From Spirochaetales bacterium (GTDB lineage: Bacteria > Spirochaetota > Spirochaetia > JABEVK01): a DNA stretch of 64,000 bases. Position numbers and translations under genes: made by a program. Location: contig JBAXAI010000001.1 of assembly GCA_037142615.1 (NCBI GenBank), positions 332,471 to 396,470 of the forward strand, given 5' to 3'. The notes below the pieces were generated by a model. That model was given only the letters and a program-made list of their open reading frames with translations. It made no database searches and was not told the origin of the DNA. This document shows positions 18,653 through 29,250 of this stretch, in pieces (the stretch's first letter is position 1; each line of letters begins with the position of its first letter).

Positions 18653-18656
<4 letters not shown>
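16887..18656 (+). CDS. dnaG: DNA primase
   Basis: CHC2 zinc finger [36 protein letters not shown], then a TOPRIM region ([24 protein letters not shown]). Confidence 0.9.
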
Positions 18657-20458
<1,802 letters not shown>

Positions 20459-20471
20459 TTAAGGACGGAAA

Positions 20472-21263
20472 ATGGAAGCCACTTTCGAGAAACTGAGGAG
20501 CCTTCAGGAGATTCTTTTTGCCAAGTTCAGGTTGGAGAAGGAAATCAATGAAATCCCCAAAGCCCTTGTGACCAAGACGGAGGTGCTCAACCGGGCCAAG
20601 AAGTCGTTTATCGAAAAGAACGAAGCGGCTGAAGCCATGAAGGGCAAGGTTCGCCGGCTGAATATCGAGTTGTCGGACGCCACAAAGAAGCGCGAAGACT
20701 TCGAGAAACAGATGGATCTGATAAAGACCCAGAAAGAGTACGAAGCTCTCGACAAGGAAATCCGGGAAGCTACTGAAAAAGAACAGTCACTGCGCAAGGA
20801 CATTGTCAAAGAAGAGAATGATCTTGAGGAGCTGCTGATTGGACTGGAAAAGCTCGAGAAGCAAATCAACCTCGATGAGCAAGAACTGAAGGAAGAAAGC
20901 GACAAAATTCAGGCGGAAGGTTCCTCCAAAAAGAACCGTCTGACCGAGTTGACTTCCGAAGAGAGAACAATCACTCCCGGAATGGATGAGGATATTCTTT
21001 TCAAGTTTGAGCGGATCATCAAGAGTAAAGAAGGCTTGGGCATCGTGCCTATCGTCAGCGGCGTTTGCTCTGGTTGCCATATCATTCTCCCGATGCAGTT
21101 TGTGAACGAGGTGCGGATGGAGAAGGAAGTCAAGTTCTGTCCCTATTGCAGCCGTATCCTCTATTTCCAGAGCGGCATGGATCCAGAGAAGAGGGACCAG
21201 ATCGAAGCGGGGTCTCTTGCGGAACTGATTGAGGATGAAGAACCCAACGACGACGAAGAGTAA
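20472..21263 (+). CDS. Coiled-coil plus C4 zinc-ribbon protein (COG1579 / DUF164 family; HP0958-like)
   Basis: Long coiled-coil N-terminal region and a C-terminal GVCSGCHIILPMQF...KFCPYCSRILY zinc ribbon. Confidence 0.6.
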   Translation: MEATFEKLRSLQEILFAKFRLEKEINEIPKALVTKTEVLNRAKKSFIEKNEAAEAMKGKVRRLNIELSDATKKREDFEKQMDLIKTQKEYEALDKEIREATEKEQSLRKDIVKEENDLEELLIGLEKLEKQINLDEQELKEESDKIQAEGSSKKNRLTELTSEERTITPGMDEDILFKFERIIKSKEGLGIVPIVSGVCSGCHIILPMQFVNEVRMEKEVKFCPYCSRILYFQSGMDPEKRDQIEAGSLAELIEDEEPNDDEE

Positions 21264-21267
21264 GGAG

Positions 21268-21650
21268 TCGAGCAGGCAGACTGGACCATCGCTGAGTTTG
21301 GCTCGACTTCGGGTCACGCGCAGAGGAAAGTCCGGGCTCCGGAGAACATGACGCCGGCTAACGACCGGGCGCCGTAAGGCGACAGACAGGGCCACAGAAA
21401 ACAAACCGCCTGGAGGAAACTCTTGGTAAGGGTGAAAAGGTGGTGTAAGAGACCACCGCGGGCGTAGCAATGCGGCCGGCAGGGCAAACCTCGTCAGGAG
21501 CAAAATCAAGCAGCAACGGAATGGTTCGTTCAACGTTGCGGGTCGATTGCCTTCGAAAGAACCCGCAAGGGTACTTCGAGACAGATGATGGTTGGTCTTT
21601 TGGGGACTTCCCGATCGATACAGAACCCGGCTTATAGGTCTGCCTGTTTT
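21268..21650 (+). ncRNA. rnpB: RNase P RNA (bacterial type A), ends approximate
   Basis: Universally conserved blocks are present: AGAGGAAAGTCCGGGCTCC (P4 5' strand), ACAGAAAACAAACCGCC, GTAAGGGTGAAAAGGTGGTGTAAGAGACCACC and ACAGAACCCGGCTTATAGGTC (P4 3' strand). The P1 helix CAGGCAGAC (21273-21281) pairs with GTCTGCCTG (21638-21646), followed by a T-tract. Confidence 0.8.
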
Positions 21651-21653
21651 TTT

Positions 21654-22583
21654 ATGAAAAACTTTCCCACGAGCCGAAAACGAAAACCACTGTCGCTCCT
21701 GAGTCGTCTCCTCATAATTCTCGCGATCGTTTCCCTGCTTTCAGCAGGCGCATTTTTCGTGGTTTCCAGCTTAAGTTCCAAAGTCGCGGTTGGTCCGACA
21801 CAAGTCAGTATCCTTGAACTCTGGAAGAACGGTAGCTACGATGAAATCATAACCAATGGAAATGAGGAACTCAAGTCAGTCCCGATGGATGTTGGAACGC
21901 TGGTCTTTTCGGGGTTTGCATACTTCCACAAGGGTGTCGCGGAGATTTCGGTAGAGAAGAAACTCCCGCTGATCAATTCCTCCATCATTACGCTTCGCAA
22001 AGCTCTCCTCGTGCAGAATGTTCCTTTAGTTCCGCAGATTCACTACATCCTCGGCAAGGCATACTTCCACAAGGGAAAGTTCTACGCCGATCTGGCGATT
22101 GAACACTTGAAACAGGCCGAAGCCCTTGGCTACTCTGCCTCCGATATTAACGAGTACTTGGGATTGTCGTATTCTCTGGTCGCCCGTTACGAAGAGGCCT
22201 CCGCTGAGTTCCTTCAGGCGGTGCAAAGATCCCCCTCCGACTTGCTCCTGTGGACTCTGGGCGAGACTTACTTCCAGATGCAGAAGATGGACAGCGCCAT
22301 CCTCTACCTCGGGAGGGCGATCGAGAAGACCAAGGACCGCGGCCTTGAACAGCGCTGTCATTTCCTTTTGGGAGACATCTACACCCGCCTCAAACAGTTT
22401 GATCAAGCTCAGGGGGAGTACAATACCATCCTTTCGCGGAACTCAAACTCAGCAGACGCCCATTTCTTTCTGGGTGAAATTGAGAATATGAAGGGGAACA
22501 AGGAGGCGGCCCGAACCGAGTGGCGAAAGGCTTTCAAGATCGATCCGCTGCACTTCAACGCCAACCAGAGGTTGTTCAACTAG
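21654..22583 (+). CDS. Membrane-anchored TPR-repeat protein
   Basis: N-terminal TM segment LLIILAIVSLLSAGAFFVV, then multiple TPR-like repeats (AxxYLGLSYSL..., ALxLGDIYTRLKQFDQAQGEY, FFLGEIENMKGNKEAA). Start set to the ATG at 21654, because the longer ORF runs into rnpB. Confidence 0.6.
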   Translation: MKNFPTSRKRKPLSLLSRLLIILAIVSLLSAGAFFVVSSLSSKVAVGPTQVSILELWKNGSYDEIITNGNEELKSVPMDVGTLVFSGFAYFHKGVAEISVEKKLPLINSSIITLRKALLVQNVPLVPQIHYILGKAYFHKGKFYADLAIEHLKQAEALGYSASDINEYLGLSYSLVARYEEASAEFLQAVQRSPSDLLLWTLGETYFQMQKMDSAILYLGRAIEKTKDRGLEQRCHFLLGDIYTRLKQFDQAQGEYNTILSRNSNSADAHFFLGEIENMKGNKEAARTEWRKAFKIDPLHFNANQRLFN

Positions 22584-22624
22584 GCTGATTTATGCTATCT
22601 TTCCTGTGATTTTCTGGGGGGGAC

Positions 22625-23668
22625 ATGAGTATTTTCAGCAACTTCTTTTCTTCATTTTCGTCGGACATAGGTATCGACCTGGGAACCTGCAATACCCTGA
22701 TTTACCTCCGCGGAAAAGGTATCGTCATCAACGAACCTTCTGTTGTCGCTGTGGAACGAGGCACCAAACGGGTTGTTGCAGTGGGCACGGAAGCCAAACA
22801 TATGCTTTGGAAAACACCTGGTGAAATCATTGCCATACGTCCCTTAAGAGACGGGGTGATCGCCGATCTGGAAACTACCGAGAAGATGATTCGCTACTTC
22901 ATCCAGAAAGTACTCCCCAAGCGGTGGTTCGTGAGGCCAAGAATGGTCATAGGGGTTCCATCCTGCATTACCGAAGTCGAGCGCCGTGCCGTCGAAGAGT
23001 CGGCGTACAAAGCAGGCGCCCGTGAGGTGAAGATCATTGAGGAATCTCTTGCCGCGGCCATTGGGGCAGATATTCCTATCTTCGAGCCGGCTGGACACAT
23101 GATCTGTGACATCGGAGGCGGGACGACGGAAATCTCGGTGATTTCGCTGGGAGGAATGGTTGTCACCAATGCCATACGCCTCGGGGGAGACGAGTTTGAC
23201 GAGGCGATCATAAAACACGTGCGCAACGTACACAACTTGATCATCGGCGAGCAGACGGCAGAGAAATTGAAGATCAGCATTGGCAATGCCGCACCCGACA
23301 AGACCATCGAAAAAATGGAAATCAAGGGTACAGATGCCATTACAGGGCTGCCACGTCGACTAGAAATTGATTCCATAGAAGTCCGTGAAGCTCTCCAAGA
23401 GCCCATCAACGTGGTCATCGAAGAAGTGAAGAAGACACTCGGTCAGACACCTCCTGAATTGGCGGCCGATATCGTCGAACGGGGAATTGTGATGACTGGT
23501 GGAGGGTCTTTGCTCAAGGGTCTTCCCAAACTCCTCGCAAAAGAGACGGGTGTACCCGTGTTCCTCGCCGAGAACGCACTCTATTGTGTCGCGTTGGGTG
23601 CAGGAATGTACTTTGACCAAGCCAAGCTCAACAACAACAGAAGTCTATACAACAACCTGAACACATGA
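22625..23668 (+). CDS. mreB: Rod shape-determining protein MreB
   Basis: [29 protein letters not shown] and the actin-fold motifs [16 protein letters not shown]. Confidence 0.9.
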   Translation: MSIFSNFFSSFSSDIGIDLGTCNTLIYLRGKGIVINEPSVVAVERGTKRVVAVGTEAKHMLWKTPGEIIAIRPLRDGVIADLETTEKMIRYFIQKVLPKRWFVRPRMVIGVPSCITEVERRAVEESAYKAGAREVKIIEESLAAAIGADIPIFEPAGHMICDIGGGTTEISVISLGGMVVTNAIRLGGDEFDEAIIKHVRNVHNLIIGEQTAEKLKISIGNAAPDKTIEKMEIKGTDAITGLPRRLEIDSIEVREALQEPINVVIEEVKKTLGQTPPELAADIVERGIVMTGGGSLLKGLPKLLAKETGVPVFLAENALYCVALGAGMYFDQAKLNNNRSLYNNLNT

Positions 23669-24519
23669 GTAAGTCGTCTCCTTTCCAGCAGTTGCTCCTC
23701 CGGTACCGCCGGGGGGCAGTTCTGGTCGGATTGTTGCTTGCCTCATCCATCATGATCCTGTTCAACGGGACACCAGGAGTCTCCAGGCCTCAAGAGATCG
23801 GGCTAGCGGTATTTTCCTTCTTCCAGGGCACTGTGTCCCAGACCTTACATTGGTTTGGCCAATCGGCAGATTCGGTTTCTTCTTTCGCAGACTTGAAATC
23901 GCGGTACGACCAAGCAAGCGACAGACTCAAAAAATACGAGGGGAATGAACGAGAACTGGTGCTGTTGCGATTGGAAAACCAGCGGCTGAAGTCCCAGTTG
24001 GATTTCCATGCCTCGCTGTCTTATTTCAATGTTGCGGCCGAAGTCATCGGCAAAGACCCGACCCGTGTCTATTCGTCCATGGTGATTAACAAAGGTTACC
24101 TAGATGGCATCCGTATTGATCAGCCTGTTGTTGCCAACCAGAACGGAGTACCTGGACTGGTGGGAAAAATCGCAAGAGTAAGCTTGGCGTCGGCGATCGT
24201 TCAACCGGTGCTCGATGCTAATCTTTTCATTTCGGCGCGAATGGAAAACTCCCGCAACGAAGGGTTAATTTCGGGGAAGGGGAGCAACGAGGAAGTTCTC
24301 GTCATGAACTTCGTCAAGAAAAGGGCGGCTGCGGACATCTTTGCTGGGGACCTCGTCGTCACCTCGGGATTGGAGTCGATCTATCCAGCAGAATTGCTGA
24401 TAGGAAGGGTGAGGGGAGTCTCAAGCAAAGAGTATGAAACCAGTTTGAATATCGAGGTGGAGCCTGTTGTCGACTTCGCCAAGCTTGAGTACCTCTATGT
24501 CTTGAGGATGCAGTCATGA
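23665..24519 (+). CDS. mreC: Rod shape-determining protein MreC
   Basis: N-terminal TM, a coiled-coil ([16 protein letters not shown]) and a C-terminal beta domain. Position directly after mreB with a 4-nt overlap. Confidence 0.75.
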   Translation: MSKSSPFQQLLLRYRRGAVLVGLLLASSIMILFNGTPGVSRPQEIGLAVFSFFQGTVSQTLHWFGQSADSVSSFADLKSRYDQASDRLKKYEGNERELVLLRLENQRLKSQLDFHASLSYFNVAAEVIGKDPTRVYSSMVINKGYLDGIRIDQPVVANQNGVPGLVGKIARVSLASAIVQPVLDANLFISARMENSRNEGLISGKGSNEEVLVMNFVKKRAAADIFAGDLVVTSGLESIYPAELLIGRVRGVSSKEYETSLNIEVEPVVDFAKLEYLYVLRMQS

Positions 24520-25028
24520 TCCGAGCAGGACTTTGGGCAATACTCATACTCGCTGTTCTGCTCTTGCTTCAGACAACCCTCATGAACCTAGTCGTTGTGG
24601 CTGGAGTAAAACCCGACATTCTTTTGATTGTTTTTGTCGTCTTGGCGTCTCAGAACGGTGGTTTGGTCAGTCAACTGGTCGGATTCGTCTTGGGATTGGC
24701 TATCGACATCGTCACGACAGCTCCCCTTGGCTACAATGCCTTCCAGTTCGCGCTCGCCGGCTACCTCTTCGGGCTAGGAAGAGGAAAAGTCTACTATGAC
24801 CCCTTCATCGTACCAGCCTTAATGGCAGTCCTGGCGACAGTGTATTCGTCGATCTGTGGCTACCTTGTGTCCCAGGTGTTTCAACTGGGGTTTCCTTTTC
24901 AGATGTACTTTCAAATCGGTTTCGTCGTTCAACTGCTTGTTAATCTGGTTGCGGCTCCGGTGACGTTCTTCCTGTTCAACTTCCTTAAGCAGCGCTTCCA
25001 GGATCCGAGGCGGGGCTTCGATGGGTGA
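24516..25028 (+). CDS. mreD: Rod shape-determining protein MreD
   Basis: 170-aa polytopic membrane protein between mreC and mrdA, with overlapping stops and starts. Confidence 0.65.
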   Translation: MIRAGLWAILILAVLLLLQTTLMNLVVVAGVKPDILLIVFVVLASQNGGLVSQLVGFVLGLAIDIVTTAPLGYNAFQFALAGYLFGLGRGKVYYDPFIVPALMAVLATVYSSICGYLVSQVFQLGFPFQMYFQIGFVVQLLVNLVAAPVTFFLFNFLKQRFQDPRRGFDG

Positions 25029-26874
25029 CCGAGCAAGCGGCTCTCCCGACAACAAGACCCCCCGGCTTATTGCAATTGGGGTTCTCCTTTCCAGCTTCGT
25101 CCTCTTGTATCTCGTGCAGTTGTTTTCGATGCAGATTATCAACAACGTCCGCTTCAGTCAGGATGCCACCCAGATATCTCAGAAGTCATTGCCCATTTCC
25201 GCCAAACGTGGTGAAATTTTTGACCGGTTCCATGACACGCCTCTTGTTCAAAATGTGGACTCTTTCCAAATCAGCTTTAACCCGGCAGAGGCGCCAGCCG
25301 AGCAGATTCCGCGCATTCTGTCGAGGCTCAGCGTGCTCCTCAAGGTGACTTTCTCGAGTCTCGACCAGAAAGTTCCAGCTAGTCTGTATTCGTCCTTCCA
25401 GAGCATCGAACTCAAGCGCGGAGTTGACTATCCAACAGTTTCCCAGATAGCCGAGCACAAAGAGGATTTCGGTGGTGTCACTTGGGAAAGCAATCCCATC
25501 AGGAACTACCTCAATCTGGGCTCGCTTGCGCATGTGATCGGCTATGTCGGAAGCATCAACCAGGAAGAGCTTCAGGTTCTGTACAATCAGGGGTATGGGA
25601 TGCGGAGCGTCATTGGCAAAAGTGGCATTGAAAAGAACTTTGATCTGGTGCTTCGCGGAAAGGAAGGGACGAGGTTCCGTACCGTCGATGTGAATGGGCG
25701 AAACGTCAGCAGCAATTCGAGCGATCAGATCATTCCTGAGTCCGGGAAAGACCTTATCCTTACCATCGACCGCCGCATTCAGATCCTCGCCGAAAAGGCC
25801 CTCGGCCCTCGAAATGGTTCGGTCGTCGTTTTGCGCCCATCGACCGGCGAGATTCTCGCGATGGTCTCGTATCCCTATTTTGATCCAAACAAATTCTACA
25901 CCGAGGAAGCCTCACAGGAGTTCACCCGCCTTCAAACGGACTCCACGTTTCCGCTCATGAATCGTAGTATCCAATCGGCTTATCCGCCTGGGTCCACTTT
26001 CAAGATCATCATGACGACAGCTATCCTCGGTGACAAGGTGCTCGACCCCAACCGAACCGTTGTATGCACTGGCTCTGTGGAAGTTGGTGACCGCGTATTC
26101 AAGTGCAATAAGCTCACAGGCCATGGTGTTGTCAATCTGGCTAAGGCGCTAGCCCAATCCTGCAACATCTACTTCTACAAGGCCGGACTCGAGAACCTCG
26201 GGATCGAGCGGATCGATGACTACTCCAACAAGTTCGGACTGGGTCAGCTCACCGGCGTCGATATTCCGGGCGAGATCGCAGGTCTGGTTCCGACGCGCAA
26301 GTGGAAGGAAAGGAACCTAAACTATCCATGGCTGGGCGGGGACACCGTGAATATTTCGATCGGGCAGGGGTACCTTCAGGTGACACCCATCCAGATGGCA
26401 AATGCCGTTGCGATGATCAGCAACATGGGAAGAGTTTACAGGCCCCACTTGGTGAAGTCCGTGCTCGACCCCCTCACCAAGAAAGTCGAGGAAACCCAGC
26501 CAGAGATCATCTCTGAGAATCCACTTACGCCAGAAATCTGGACTCAGGTCCAGAATAATATGCGGGGGGTCATCACCGAAGGGACTGCGGCTGTTGTCAT
26601 TACAACCAAAGCGGTCAAGGTTGCGGGCAAGACGGGTACAGCCGAAGACGGCGGAAAAGGGTCGTCTAACCATTCCTGGTTTGTCGCCTACGCTCCTTGG
26701 GACGACCCCAATCCGGACAATCGGATTGTGTTGGCGGTACAAGTCGAAAAGACCAACGAGTGGGAATGGTGGGCGCCAAAAGCTGCTGATATGATTTTTC
26801 AGGGAATCTTCGCGAATCAGACGTACGAAGAGGCAATACAAACTCTCAAACCTTGGTACATCAGCTGGCAATGA
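25021..26874 (+). CDS. mrdA: Penicillin-binding protein 2 (peptidoglycan D,D-transpeptidase)
   Basis: N-terminal TM, a PBP dimerisation domain, and the transpeptidase motifs STFK (PPGSTFKII), SCN (AQSCNIYF) and KTGT (AGKTGTAE). Confidence 0.85.
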   Translation: MGDRASGSPDNKTPRLIAIGVLLSSFVLLYLVQLFSMQIINNVRFSQDATQISQKSLPISAKRGEIFDRFHDTPLVQNVDSFQISFNPAEAPAEQIPRILSRLSVLLKVTFSSLDQKVPASLYSSFQSIELKRGVDYPTVSQIAEHKEDFGGVTWESNPIRNYLNLGSLAHVIGYVGSINQEELQVLYNQGYGMRSVIGKSGIEKNFDLVLRGKEGTRFRTVDVNGRNVSSNSSDQIIPESGKDLILTIDRRIQILAEKALGPRNGSVVVLRPSTGEILAMVSYPYFDPNKFYTEEASQEFTRLQTDSTFPLMNRSIQSAYPPGSTFKIIMTTAILGDKVLDPNRTVVCTGSVEVGDRVFKCNKLTGHGVVNLAKALAQSCNIYFYKAGLENLGIERIDDYSNKFGLGQLTGVDIPGEIAGLVPTRKWKERNLNYPWLGGDTVNISIGQGYLQVTPIQMANAVAMISNMGRVYRPHLVKSVLDPLTKKVEETQPEIISENPLTPEIWTQVQNNMRGVITEGTAAVVITTKAVKVAGKTGTAEDGGKGSSNHSWFVAYAPWDDPNPDNRIVLAVQVEKTNEWEWWAPKAADMIFQGIFANQTYEEAIQTLKPWYISWQ

Positions 26875-28190
26875 GCAACGAAACCACGCGGGCACCACTT
26901 CCAATCGACTCACTTCTGCTGATCTGCATTCTTGGGCTCATGACCATAGGTATCCTATTCATTTACTCGAGTGGCGTGAACTCCAGCGGGGTCCTCATCT
27001 CTTCGGAATACTTGAGGCAATTGCTATGGTCGGCACTGGCTCTTGCTGTTCTTGTTGTCTTCTCGTACTTCAACTACAACCTTCTCCGGGACTTCAGCCT
27101 CTGGATCTACCTTGTCTTTCTGATCCTCTTGGTTCTCACGCTGTTCTTTGGCAAAGTCGTGAATGGAGCCCGAGCCTGGCTCGGCATCTTCGGTCTTGGC
27201 GGACAGCCTTCAGAGTTCGCTAAGATCGCCACGATTCTCTTCTTGGCGCGTTTTCTCGAATCGCGACGGGCAAAGATTGGCGATTGGAAGGTGTTTCTTC
27301 AGGCCTTTCTGATCGTTTCGATTCCGATGGTTCTCATCTTGCGCCAGCCGGACACCGGGACCACGCTGGTCTTCATACCCGTCTTCTTGCTGATGGTTTT
27401 CATGGCTGGTGGCAAGTTTCGACATCTCTTCTTTGTGGCAGCAACAGGTATCGCTTCGCTTGTTCTGGCGCTTGTACCCTTCGTCGAGACGATCATCTAC
27501 CATGAATCCGATGGCATAGGCAGCCTCCTCGTCAACTGGAAAACCATGTTGGTCGTAGGGGGATTTCTGTTGACAATTCTCGGGGTGGCTGCCTATGGTT
27601 GGCTTCGGCTCAAGCGACGGGTCTTCTATTGGATACTGTTTCTCAGCTCCATTCTAGCCTTGGCTCTTGTGGTCTCAAGCGGCTTGAGGTTGGTTCTCAA
27701 AGAATACCAGATCATGCGATTCATCGTATTTCTTGATCCAAGCATCGACCCACGTGACTCTGGATGGAACCTCATACAATCGATTACCGCGATCGGATCA
27801 GGCGGTTTCTCTGGCAAAGGGTGGCTGGCTGGGACTCAGTCCCATCTCCGCTTCCTTCCGATGCAGAGTACCGACTTCATCTTTTCCGTGGTTGGAGAGG
27901 AATGGGGATTTCTAGGTGGACTGTTGGTCTTTGGACTATTTCTCGCAATCCTGTTCCGATTCCTGTTCATTATGCAGGCAATACGCGACCGGTATGGTGT
28001 CATTGTAATCTCCGGGTTTATTGGTGTTATTTTTACCCACGTTTTCGTCAACGTAGGAATGACCGTAGGCATCATGCCCGTAACAGGGATTCCGCTGTAC
28101 TTTCTGTCCTACGGTGGAAGTTCCTTGCTGGCCGCGTGCATGATGATGGGGATTGTGATGAACATTCACCATCGCCGGTTCATGTTCTGA
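26853..28190 (+). CDS. rodA: Peptidoglycan glycosyltransferase RodA (SEDS family)
   Basis: Polytopic membrane protein with SEDS blocks (QPSEFAKI..., PDTGTTLVF, VVGEEWGFLGG, GIPLYFLSYGGSS). Last gene of the mre operon. Confidence 0.85.
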   Translation: MVHQLAMSNETTRAPLPIDSLLLICILGLMTIGILFIYSSGVNSSGVLISSEYLRQLLWSALALAVLVVFSYFNYNLLRDFSLWIYLVFLILLVLTLFFGKVVNGARAWLGIFGLGGQPSEFAKIATILFLARFLESRRAKIGDWKVFLQAFLIVSIPMVLILRQPDTGTTLVFIPVFLLMVFMAGGKFRHLFFVAATGIASLVLALVPFVETIIYHESDGIGSLLVNWKTMLVVGGFLLTILGVAAYGWLRLKRRVFYWILFLSSILALALVVSSGLRLVLKEYQIMRFIVFLDPSIDPRDSGWNLIQSITAIGSGGFSGKGWLAGTQSHLRFLPMQSTDFIFSVVGEEWGFLGGLLVFGLFLAILFRFLFIMQAIRDRYGVIVISGFIGVIFTHVFVNVGMTVGIMPVTGIPLYFLSYGGSSLLAACMMMGIVMNIHHRRFMF

Positions 28191-28246
28191 GCGCAAGGTT
28201 TACCCTCTGTCGGTATGAGTAGACCAAATATTCATTATACGAACTT

Positions 28247-28531
28247 CTATTCGCGATTTCGGTTCAGCAGGCGGTATACCAAGACGCAGAAAATCGAGCT
28301 CACTACCGGAATTACATACTGAAGGATGATCTGAGCCATCAAGGGAGCTTGCCAGAGGCTCCGGAGCCACACTTCAACCATTGTACCTAGAAACGCACCA
28401 AGGACACTGAGCGCCAAGTCCAGGTAGATGATGCGTGAACCCCGAGAAGAAAAGAAACGCTGAAAAAGGACCGCTACAAGGAAGCCCGTCAAGAGCAATT
28501 GAACGGTCAGCGTGAACATGTTGTAGATCAC
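28247..28531 (-). CDS. Small 3-TM membrane protein (possibly GlsB/YeaQ/YmgE-like), last gene of the signalling operon
   Basis: 94 aa. Three hydrophobic helices. ATGA overlap with the upstream lipoprotein gene. Confidence 0.4.
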   Translation of the reverse strand: MIYNMFTLTVQLLLTGFLVAVLFQRFFSSRGSRIIYLDLALSVLGAFLGTMVEVWLRSLWQAPLMAQIILQYVIPVVSSIFCVLVYRLLNRNRE

Positions 28532-29250
28532 GATCGGACCATGATTCCCGAAATGATTCCCCAGGGAACAGGAGTACTGTAGTACTGAACGAAGGTTTCG
28601 CGGGACTCTGCGTAGGCAACGATAAAGAACTCGATCTCAAAGGACTTGGTAGCCGTAGTGACACTGGCGGAATCCATGTCCGAATCTGGTATCAATGTGA
28701 CTGCGTTCGCCAGGTCAGAGAAATTTGCGCTAATCCGTACCTCATTGGGAGTACTTAGGCTTCGGACCAAAACGATCTCCGTCAACTTTGTGCCCGTGGC
28801 CGAAACAATGCTCGCGGTTGGTTCGTCTACTGTTCCCGTGGCGAACTTCAGCGAAGCTAGAAATGCGCTGAAGTCAAGCACTACCGTCTGTTTGGAGGTT
28901 GTGTTGAGATCCATAGGCAACAGCGGATGAATCAACGTCGCCGAACTCAACCTCTTGTATCCAAGGGAAGTGAGTGTTTCGATTTTTGGTGTGGTGCTGA
29001 CCACGCCTGCATCGCGGGCAAGATTCGTCGTTGCGTTTAGCTGATCTGGATAGATCTTGTAATATACTTCGTAACCCAAGAAGTCACTCCCTCCATAGGT
29101 ACCCGGGTCGTGAGTAAGGGAGAGTCGGGTGTAGTCGGACTGTTGCTGATAGGTAACGGTCAGTACCGGTGCGTCGAGGCTTTGGTAGGTCTCAAGTCCA
29201 CACGACCAAAGTAGCACAGCAAGAACGGTTCCTGCGACCCTCCAAATCAT
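28528..29250 (-). CDS. Putative lipoprotein, hypothetical (240 aa)
   Basis: MIWRVAGTVLAVLLWSCG signal/lipobox-like N-terminus. Ser/Thr-rich beta-type sequence. No recognisable family. 4-nt overlaps on both sides. Confidence 0.45.
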   Translation of the reverse strand: MIWRVAGTVLAVLLWSCGLETYQSLDAPVLTVTYQQQSDYTRLSLTHDPGTYGGSDFLGYEVYYKIYPDQLNATTNLARDAGVVSTTPKIETLTSLGYKRLSSATLIHPLLPMDLNTTSKQTVVLDFSAFLASLKFATGTVDEPTASIVSATGTKLTEIVLVRSLSTPNEVRISANFSDLANAVTLIPDSDMDSASVTTATKSFEIEFFIVAYAESRETFVQYYSTPVPWGIISGIMVRS

